From positions 3,296,001 to 3,360,000 of the forward strand of contig CBDCTZ010000016.1 of the NCBI GenBank assembly GCA_965222375.1: DNA of 64,000 nucleotides, in the 5' to 3' direction. The translations under genes were made by a program, and so were the position numbers. Below are positions 38,610-46,141 of the stretch, piece by piece. The notes under the pieces are model-generated. The model saw only the letters and a list, made by a program, of their open reading frames with translations. It did not search any database and was not told the DNA's origin. Position 1 is the first letter of the stretch. Every line of letters starts with the position of its first letter. The DNA comes from Polyangiaceae bacterium. GTDB lineage: Bacteria; Myxococcota_A; Polyangia; Polyangiales; Polyangiaceae.

Positions 38610-39419
38610 TCACTTGGGGTGCTCTTCGCTCGCCCCCGCGCGCACCGTCAGGGCCAGCCCGATGGTCGTGTAGATTTTCGTATCAGTTCGCTCACCGTTG
38701 CGAACCTCGGGCATCAAACCCACGGCGGCCATACCCTCGATGCGGGCGCCGTGTAGGGGAATGTCCAGGTGCCGCGCCAAGTCTAGGCCCCCTCCGAAAA
38801 AGAGTGCGGGGAATGCGCCACTGAGCTCTCCCTTCACCTTGTTGCCGGTACCATCTTCGTTGCAATCCACGCCGACCCCGGTGGCGGGCGCAACGCAGTA
38901 GGTGCCCTCCGCGTCGAGACCCAGTACGGACGCTCCGATGAAGCCGTGCAGCTCGAGCCAGTGGCTCTCTGGCGTCACGCGTCCGTTGACGGCGACTTCG
39001 GCACCCAGGCGCGTGGCATCGTAAGAAGCTCCTCGATGGGACCCACTGGCCACCGTGCCAAAGCCCGCGGCCTGAAGCGCGAAGCGGTCGCTGGAGTCCA
39101 AGCCGTGACGATAGCGCAACATGGGTTCGCCATAGCCGCCGCCATAGCCGCCACCGACGTAGCGGCCCCCAGCGGCCAGACCTTCCGCGCCGATGAGCTC
39201 CCCGGCGTCCAGCCAGCCCGCAAGCTGTTGTGAAGGCGCGCCCTTGGGTTCATCCGACGTCGTCTTGCTCAAATAGAAGCCGGGAGTCGCCGCGACCTGC
39301 GCTTCCACGCCCATGCGGCGTTCCACGTTGCCGGTCGAGCCGGTCATCACGGGCATCGGTCCAAGCGTAGTGCAACCGGAGCTGCCTACCGCGATGAGTG
39401 CCAGGAGTGTTGTTCGCAT
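38610..39419 (-). CDS. Hypothetical lipoprotein, beta-rich
   Basis: MRTTLLALIAVGSSGC lipobox and alternating beta-strand pattern. Confidence 0.7.
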   Translation of the reverse strand: MRTTLLALIAVGSSGCTTLGPMPVMTGSTGNVERRMGVEAQVAATPGFYLSKTTSDEPKGAPSQQLAGWLDAGELIGAEGLAAGGRYVGGGYGGGYGEPMLRYRHGLDSSDRFALQAAGFGTVASGSHRGASYDATRLGAEVAVNGRVTPESHWLELHGFIGASVLGLDAEGTYCVAPATGVGVDCNEDGTGNKVKGELSGAFPALFFGGGLDLARHLDIPLHGARIEGMAAVGLMPEVRNGERTDTKIYTTIGLALTVRAGASEEHPK

Positions 39420-39431
39420 GCCCTGGGATCG

Positions 39432-39447
39432 TGCAATGCATGTGCCG
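39432..39447 (-). promoter_or_regulatory. Putative sigma-54 (-24/-12) promoter
   Basis: Minus strand CGGCAC-ATGCA-TTGCA with GG-N10-GC spacing, just upstream of ATG 39419. Confidence 0.65.
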
Positions 39448-39582
39448 CTGACCAAATACAGTGCTTGTCGCAAAGAAACAGTCCGAGTCTGGCTTCAGAA
39501 CCTCGGGTGTGCCGTTTGGTGCACACCACACTGCGCAGGATTTTTCCCGATGTTTGCGAAAGATTTTCGCGCCCTGTTTGGC

Positions 39583-40185
39583 TCAAGCGGCGAGGAGCGA
39601 ATCGTCCGATAGAGCTCGAGACAAGCGCGACATCAACTTGTGCTTCTTGCTGTAAACCGTGGCAATTCGAATTCCCATCAGCTCAGCGGCGCGCTCGGGC
39701 TCTTCGTGAGAGCGGAAGCACAAGTCATACAGTTGTCGCTCGCGTGGAGGCAGCGTGCTGACCGCGTTGTGCAGCAGGTCACTTCGCTGTCGTGCGAGAC
39801 AGTCCGCGTGCGGGTCGTCCTGGGACGACAAAACGACCTCCGCCTCCAAGGGAGCGGTGCGGCGTCGACGCAATCTGCGCACGTGGTCGTAAGCCGCCTG
39901 TTTGGCGATGCGCATCAGCCATTGCTCGAGGGTTAGACCGCGACCGCTGCGGAAGGCGAGCAACTTGGCACCATCGCTTTTGAGCAGTCGGATCGACAGC
40001 TCTGCGTAGACATCTTCTACGGTGTCGGAGGCGCACAGTCCGGGGAAGCGATGGATCACTCTGGCGATGCTGCGGCGGATCGTTGGACCCTGGTCCCGCT
40101 CGAAGCGGCACCAGGCGCGCGGATCGGCTTGGGCGAGAGCTGCGGCATTGATTTCGTCTGAAGTGGGCAAAGCAGGCTGTGTCAT
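39583..40185 (-). CDS. ECF-type RNA polymerase sigma factor
   Basis: Region 2 (ED...E...L, WL..IA...A.D..RR) and region 4 (LP.RER......, A.LMGI..ATV.S). Confidence 0.85.
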   Translation of the reverse strand: MTQPALPTSDEINAAALAQADPRAWCRFERDQGPTIRRSIARVIHRFPGLCASDTVEDVYAELSIRLLKSDGAKLLAFRSGRGLTLEQWLMRIAKQAAYDHVRRLRRRRTAPLEAEVVLSSQDDPHADCLARQRSDLLHNAVSTLPPRERQLYDLCFRSHEEPERAAELMGIRIATVYSKKHKLMSRLSRALSDDSLLAA

Positions 40186-40199
40186 CGGGAGAGCCCTTT

Positions 40200-40215
40200 C
40201 GCAACTGCCGTGCCA
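40200..40215 (-). promoter_or_regulatory. Putative sigma-54 promoter of the ECF sigma gene
   Basis: Minus strand TGGCACG-GCAG-TTGCG, a near-perfect -24/-12 consensus. Confidence 0.75.
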
Positions 40216-40298
40216 CGCGCTAACTCCCCGAAATTACAGAGTGTGCCTAGCGTAGTTGCGGCAGCCATGCCCCGATCTGAGCCAGCCACTGGGTCAAG

Positions 40299-40407
40299 GT
40301 CGCCCCACCCGCTCAGATTTCTCTGCTGTCACGGCGGGGATCCGCTCTGGGCCTGGTGAGAAGGAGCGCGCGTCGCCCCACCCGCTCAGATTTCTCTGCT
40401 GTCACGG
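40299..40407. repeat. Two identical 36-bp direct repeats separated by 37 bp
   Basis: GTCGCCCCACCCGCTCAGATTTCTCTGCTGTCACGG at 40299-40334 and 40372-40407. Confidence 0.9.
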
Positions 40408-40455
40408 GGCGCTACGTCCGGGCCCTTGGGATCCTTCCCTCGAAACCTCGGGTGC

Positions 40456-41331
40456 CTATCCGCTCAAGGCCGCTGCTGCGTTCACGCCGCGCTGGAAGAT
40501 GGCCAGCCCACCGGCCGAGCGCTCTCGACCCTGGGCCCGCTCCCTGCGAAACGCCGGGTGCTGAAAGGGAAAGAGGTAGGCGTCGGGGTGAGGCATCAGC
40601 CCGAACAAGCGGCCGCTGGGGTCACACAGACCTGCCGCGCCTCCGGGTGAGCCGTTAGGGTTGTCCGGCCAGCGTTCAGTCGCGGCTCCGTCTTCATCGA
40701 CGTAGCGGGCCGCAATCAGCTGAGCTTGGTCGACTCGCTCTTGAACCCCTTCGGCGAACAGGAGCTTTCCTTCACCATGGCGCGCGGGCAGATCCAAGCC
40801 CTCGACGCCCCGGGTCCACAAGCAAGGGGATTCCTGGTCGAAGCGCAGCTTGACCCAGGCGTCCCGATAACCAGGCCGATCGTTAGGCGCTAGAGTTGCC
40901 TGCGGCGTTTTGTAGTTCCCATCCAGCCCGGGCAACATGCCCAGCCGGGTCATGGTCTGGAAGCCGTTGCAAACACCGAGCGCCAATCCACCGCGTTCGA
41001 TGAAGGCGATCAGTTGGTCGTATAGCCGATAGCGGATCTTGTTCGCGAATACGAAGCCGCCGCCAAGGTGATCCCCGAAGGCGAAGCCCCCAATGAAAGC
41101 GAGTACTTGATAGTCGAGCAACGCCTTGGGGTTTTCCAGCAGGTCCAGCAGATGCACCTGCACCGGCGTCGCACCAACCGCGCTGAAGGCGTAGCTCGTC
41201 TCGGCTTCGCAGTTCAGCCCCAAGCCCGTGAGCACCAAGACGCGCACGGAATTGCGCCTCGCTTTCTTCTCCTCGTCTGAGCAGCTGTCGAAGGCGGTGA
41301 GTTTCTGTGTATCGGCGCTAGGAGCAGTCAC
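40456..41331 (-). CDS. purQ: Phosphoribosylformylglycinamidine synthase glutaminase subunit
   Basis: G.NCE.ET, GGFAFGDHL, GVCNGFQ, HGEG, NPNGS and LMPHPD. Confidence 0.9.
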   Translation of the reverse strand: MTAPSADTQKLTAFDSCSDEEKKARRNSVRVLVLTGLGLNCEAETSYAFSAVGATPVQVHLLDLLENPKALLDYQVLAFIGGFAFGDHLGGGFVFANKIRYRLYDQLIAFIERGGLALGVCNGFQTMTRLGMLPGLDGNYKTPQATLAPNDRPGYRDAWVKLRFDQESPCLWTRGVEGLDLPARHGEGKLLFAEGVQERVDQAQLIAARYVDEDGAATERWPDNPNGSPGGAAGLCDPSGRLFGLMPHPDAYLFPFQHPAFRRERAQGRERSAGGLAIFQRGVNAAAALSG

Positions 41332-41382
41332 ACGCCGCGGAGCTTAGATCGAATTGCTGCGGGATAGGCCCCTGGAGTGGGC

Positions 41383-43242
41383 TCATTTTCGCGCCAATTC
41401 TTCACTGCCCAGGCTGGATGTGGCCGCGCCCATTTGAGCCCAGCGGCCCAGGATTTTGCCGTTCTTTCTGGTGTACACCACGACGCCGGTGCCGGGGGCG
41501 CCCCAGCCGACCACCAGTAGCTTGCCCTCCCGGATGCCAATGCCAGCGTACTGCTCGCGGGGCAGCGTCCATTTGACGTCGAACACGTCGCCCCGTGGGG
41601 TGATGGAGACCTTGCCCGTATAACCCTTGCGGGCCGTGGGGGAGTAGGAGCTGATAATGCGGTAGGTGCCTCGAAGCCCAGTCGGGCCTTCGAGTTCTTC
41701 GCGACCGATCACGCTGCTGCCCCCGGCCGTCGTCCATTCCCCCACGAGTCGCTTGCCGATAATGCGGTAGACGACGACTCCAAACGCTCGGTGTGCTGCG
41801 AAGCCCGCGCACACCACGCCGCTTTCGATCAATGCGACGCCGTTGTGAGTCGGTGTTTTGGGCACTATCCAGGACAGCGCCAGCTGTCGCGGTGCACGCT
41901 CCGTGATCAGCACCTCCCCGGTGTAGGCGCTGCCGCCGGGCGCACGCCCCCGGGCGATGTTGTAGCTTCCGACGAAACCGGTTTGAATCGCCGTCCCGAC
42001 TGGGGTCTCCGCGGTTGCCGTGGCTGGCGGTGGGGGTGGGGGAGGCAGCGACGCCGACCGCGTCTTGGATGGGCGCAGCGCCCAGAAGATGGCGCCGGCG
42101 ATCACCAGAACCCCGAGCACCAGCGCGGCGATCCCACCCAAGGCACCGATGCCCAAGGCCCAGCCTGCCGCGCTCGAGCCCGAGCGCTCGCCGCCCATAC
42201 TGCCCGCCATGATCGGGCTGGCGTACCCCGGAGGTGTTCGCGGTGCGTCGTTGACCGTCGGTGCCAAGGGAGTGGCCGCTCCCAGGCCGGGGCGGTTCCC
42301 CCCGAGGGAATCTCTTGAATCCGAGAAGTTCGGTACGGCGCGACGCAAGGCTTGGCGAAATTCTGCCGCGCTATGGAAGCGATCTGTCGCCTTCTTGGCT
42401 AGGGTCCGCTCGACCACGGCCTCGAGGGCCGGGGTGACGTCCGGGCGCACCTGACGGATCTGAGTTGGCTGTGCCTCCACGTGAGCTTTGAGGAGATCGT
42501 AGAGGGTCTCACCGTCGAAAGCTCGCTGCCGAGTCAGAGCCTCGTAGGTCAGCAGTCCCAAAGAGTAGACGTCGGACGGCGGACCCGCCTCGAGACCCAT
42601 GGCTTGCTCGGGCGACATGTAGTGGGGCGTGCCGACCAGCGCTCCGGTACGAGTCTCGACCTGCATGTTACTCACGTCCGGCGCGAGCTTCGCCACACCG
42701 AAGTCCAAGACCTTGACGCGTCCCGTCTGAGTGATGAACACGTTGTCCGGCTTCAGATCCCGGTGCACGATGCCCCGGGCGTGCGCAGCCTCCAGGGCGT
42801 CTGCGACGTCCGAGATCAGGCGCACCACGTCATCAATTGCGAGGGGTGGGCCGTTTTCGATCCGGGAGGACAGTGCTGCGCCCTCCAGGTACTCCATGAT
42901 GATGTAGGGGCGCCCGTCGGGCAGCACGTCGAGGTCGATGATACTGACGATGTTTTCGTGACGGATCACGTTGACGGCGCGCGCTTCGGCGAAGAACCGG
43001 TCTACGATCGAGCGGCTCATGGCCGTATCGTGCAGAACCTTGATCGCGACCCGGCTGTGAATACTGGGTTGAACCCCCAAATAGACCTCACCCATCCCCC
43101 CGCGGCCGATGCTGCGAGCAACCCGGTAGCGGCCGACGGTCGTGCCCAGCAGCGGGTCGTCGCTCGAAGCCATCGCCGCGCCGTCCTCGGTGCAGAAACC
43201 GGACGCGCTGCTGCTCAGACCGCATTCAGGGCAAACAAACAC
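41383..43242 (-). CDS. Transmembrane Ser/Thr protein kinase with duplicated extracytoplasmic beta domain
   Basis: N-terminal Zn ribbon (CPEC...C), GRGGMGEV, HRDLKPDN, DFG, GTPHYMSPEQ, a TM segment, then two G.Y...G....YTG.V.I repeats. Confidence 0.92.
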   Translation of the reverse strand: MFVCPECGLSSSASGFCTEDGAAMASSDDPLLGTTVGRYRVARSIGRGGMGEVYLGVQPSIHSRVAIKVLHDTAMSRSIVDRFFAEARAVNVIRHENIVSIIDLDVLPDGRPYIIMEYLEGAALSSRIENGPPLAIDDVVRLISDVADALEAAHARGIVHRDLKPDNVFITQTGRVKVLDFGVAKLAPDVSNMQVETRTGALVGTPHYMSPEQAMGLEAGPPSDVYSLGLLTYEALTRQRAFDGETLYDLLKAHVEAQPTQIRQVRPDVTPALEAVVERTLAKKATDRFHSAAEFRQALRRAVPNFSDSRDSLGGNRPGLGAATPLAPTVNDAPRTPPGYASPIMAGSMGGERSGSSAAGWALGIGALGGIAALVLGVLVIAGAIFWALRPSKTRSASLPPPPPPPATATAETPVGTAIQTGFVGSYNIARGRAPGGSAYTGEVLITERAPRQLALSWIVPKTPTHNGVALIESGVVCAGFAAHRAFGVVVYRIIGKRLVGEWTTAGGSSVIGREELEGPTGLRGTYRIISSYSPTARKGYTGKVSITPRGDVFDVKWTLPREQYAGIGIREGKLLVVGWGAPGTGVVVYTRKNGKILGRWAQMGAATSSLGSEELARK

Positions 43243-43499
43243 CGTATCTGTCTCATCCTGAACGCTCCCAAGGCCGTCGTAAACCCACGACCGTCAGTCA
43301 GGCCGCAGCCCTAGTCGTTTTGGGCTTTCGAGGCCTCGAGGATCACTGCGGTCTCGCAGGCCGCGCGCATGGCTTAGACGAACCGCTCTTCGCGCTTCAA
43401 GAGTGCGACACTGGAACACTCGCTGAAGAAACGGGTGTGCTCGGCGCAGCGCAGGCTACGAGCAGCGGCAGACCGAGCCACGGAGCGCTGCGCCGGGCC

Positions 43500-43847
43500 T
43501 CAAGTCCCACCCGCGTCCCAAATTCGTTCGAGCACTGCGGCGCAGCCCTCTGCCATTCCGTCGTTGCACATGGCCAGCATGGCGCCGTCGGTGGCCGGGC
43601 CGATTCGAATCGTGCCTTCGTCCCTTTCCGGATCTGGCTTGCCCTTCGGGCATCGGATCTCGATTTCTCCTGACGAGTCCGGGGCCGAAGCCGAGCATCC
43701 GAGTTTCGTCGCGCCTTGCTGCAGGTGGGCAGTGCTGTCCGCGCCGCCCTGCCACGGCGTTTCGACCATTTTGAAGGTCGCACCCCCACCGCAGGCCGCC
43801 AAACACAGTGCCCAGCCCCACAGCGTGAACGTCACTTTGATCCGCAT
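43500..43847 (-). CDS. Small Cys-containing lipoprotein
   Basis: MRIKVTFTLWGWALCLAAC lipobox. Confidence 0.6.
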   Translation of the reverse strand: MRIKVTFTLWGWALCLAACGGGATFKMVETPWQGGADSTAHLQQGATKLGCSASAPDSSGEIEIRCPKGKPDPERDEGTIRIGPATDGAMLAMCNDGMAEGCAAVLERIWDAGGT

Positions 43848-43942
43848 GCTGATGTGGATACCAGAGTTGTCCCGGCTGAGCGCGCGAATTTTGCGGACTT
43901 CGCCGGTCGCCCCGGCGCCGGCACGCTGATACACCGAAGCGT

Positions 43943-46045
43943 ATGTCCACTCAGGAGCAGGACGATGCGACGGATGCCGTGTGGCAACGCTTTCGAGCCA
44001 GCCAGCACAGCGTAGTCATCGGAAAATTGGGTACCGTACCCACAGATCTGGAGCGCCGCGTCGTTCGCGTGGACTGCAGCGCAATCCCGGCCACCCTGGG
44101 ACCTCTGCTCGAGGCTCGGCGCCGTGTCGAGCAATTGCTCCAACGTCAGGAACGCCCGTTGTTCGACTCCGCCGCGGATCAGCTGCGAGCGGCACTACGC
44201 AGACGGTTGCTTGGGGATGCGCCCGAGTCCGAGCGGGGTGGCGTCTTCATTGCGACCTACAACCGCCTCGCTAGTGAGGGAGATGGCGGGCTGGTGTTCG
44301 ACGCCATCGAAGACGCCGATGCAGCCACCGTGCAGTGGTTGAGCGACGTGTTGGCTCGGAAAGGTTGGTTGCGAGCGCCGGTCGTTATCGTGCACCGAAG
44401 TGCGCAGCCGCAGGGTGACGCATTGCGGTTGATGGAGATCGTCCGGGAGTTCTATGGAACGGATGCGATCGTGAGCGCTCCGGGCGTGGACGGACCAGCA
44501 GGCGAACCCGAATGGTCCGCGGACGTGTTGGAACGGCTGCCGTCGGGCGCGTTGCGCGTGCTCCGCGCCGCGTCGATGGAAGGAGCGTTGTTCGACGCAG
44601 GAATAGTCGCAGAATTGCTTGCCGCCGACGAAATCGAAGTCTTGGAGCAACTGCAGCTTGCTCGGGACGAAGGCGTTCCCATCGCAGATCTCGGACGTGG
44701 GCGGTTCCGTCTCCCGACCGCTGCCGCGGAAGAGTTGATGGCAGGCACGTTGCCATCTCTGGCCGAGGCATGGCACCGGCGCTTGGCGCGGATCCTAGGT
44801 GACCCAGCGGCTCCCTCTATCGCCGCCCCCGCAATCAAACCGCCGGACGAAGACGAGGATTCCACCAAGGCCATGCCGGCCGGTCCCGAGACCCCAACTA
44901 CCCGTCTGGGCCGGCGACTCAGGGAAGATCCTGCCAAGGCCGCACAGCATGCCTCCGCAGCTGGGGAGTCGGACGTTGCAGCAGAGCAATATGTTGCGGC
45001 AGCGGACCGCGCTGCCGCAATGGGCGCGTACCAGGATGCCTTCACCCTCACCAAGAACGCTCTCGAGCTCCTCCACGCCCAGCCGGTCACGGGCCATCGG
45101 CGCCTATTGCGCGTACGCGCGCTGACGACGCTGGCGCGTATCCAGTGGCAGACAGTGGGGCCGAGCGAGTTGTTTTCTCTTCCCGCTGCGCTCTCGTCGC
45201 TGGAGGAAGCTCGGGAGCTGCTCGTCGAGGACGACCCCGTCACCGTGCGCGCCGAGCTCGGATCGTTGATCGGAAGCATCTGCTACGACATCGGCTCGAA
45301 GGATGCGTTGGAGCGGGCGCTGACTGAACTCAGCACCACCAGCCGCGAATTGCTCGACGCGGATGAACCCGTGTCTGCGGCTCGCTTGCTCAATGATGAG
45401 GCAGCCGTGTGGGTCCGCTTGGGGGATGTAGTGCGCGCCAACCACCTGCTCAAGAAGTCCCGTGAGATCTTCGCTCGGCTCACTCCCGAGAGCGAGGTTG
45501 CACGACAAGAGCTCGCGGAGACGGATCACCTATTGGCACGCTTGATTCTCCACACGGCCGCCAAGCCCGGGCGAGAGGAGGACGCGGTCCAGGTGGGCGT
45601 CGAGCATGCTCTGGCCGCGGAAGAAGCCTACCGAAGCCTTTCCCGACCTCGGGAGCTGGCGCGGGTATGGGAAACCCTCGGCCGATTGGAAATGTCTCGG
45701 GGTCGCACGGAGGCGGCGATCGAGCATCTGGAGGCGGCAGCAAGGGCTCAGCAGCAGATCGGCGACGTGCTCGGCCTAGCCCGCACGACTGCGGCGCTTT
45801 CGGATCTCCTGGCCAACGCTGGGCGGACCCGCGAAGCCCTGGGACTGCTCGGGGAATCCATCGCCTTCAACCTGGACAAGGGGTCTCCTCTTGGTTTGGC
45901 CTTCAATCGGGCGGCGCTAGATGGGCTCGAGGGCGAGGTCGGGGCGGGTGACTCCAAACAGGCCCAGTTCTTGGCTACCCTGCGCAGTCGTGTGGCCGCC
46001 GGCGAGAAGATCCTGGGGCGCGCCGAACCGCCGCCCCATGGTTGA
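43943..46045 (+). CDS. STAND-like TPR protein with degenerate NTPase domain
   Basis: Walker-B-like VFDAIEDAD, LP.....VLRAAS, WHRRLA and C-terminal TPR-like helices. No Walker A seen. Confidence 0.7.
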   Translation: MSTQEQDDATDAVWQRFRASQHSVVIGKLGTVPTDLERRVVRVDCSAIPATLGPLLEARRRVEQLLQRQERPLFDSAADQLRAALRRRLLGDAPESERGGVFIATYNRLASEGDGGLVFDAIEDADAATVQWLSDVLARKGWLRAPVVIVHRSAQPQGDALRLMEIVREFYGTDAIVSAPGVDGPAGEPEWSADVLERLPSGALRVLRAASMEGALFDAGIVAELLAADEIEVLEQLQLARDEGVPIADLGRGRFRLPTAAAEELMAGTLPSLAEAWHRRLARILGDPAAPSIAAPAIKPPDEDEDSTKAMPAGPETPTTRLGRRLREDPAKAAQHASAAGESDVAAEQYVAAADRAAAMGAYQDAFTLTKNALELLHAQPVTGHRRLLRVRALTTLARIQWQTVGPSELFSLPAALSSLEEARELLVEDDPVTVRAELGSLIGSICYDIGSKDALERALTELSTTSRELLDADEPVSAARLLNDEAAVWVRLGDVVRANHLLKKSREIFARLTPESEVARQELAETDHLLARLILHTAAKPGREEDAVQVGVEHALAAEEAYRSLSRPRELARVWETLGRLEMSRGRTEAAIEHLEAAARAQQQIGDVLGLARTTAALSDLLANAGRTREALGLLGESIAFNLDKGSPLGLAFNRAALDGLEGEVGAGDSKQAQFLATLRSRVAAGEKILGRAEPPPHG

Positions 46046-46141
46046 CGCTGGGCCCCGGGAATTTCGCCGATGGATCAAGATCTCCGCGGAAATAGCCGGG
46101 GATTTGACCGTTTCGGCGTGGGTAGGTACGACTGAGCGCTC

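Noticed and set aside
40299..40407. Bona fide CRISPR array
   Set aside because: Only two repeats, no typical repeat terminus, no leader and no cas genes. Kept only as an unexplained repeat.
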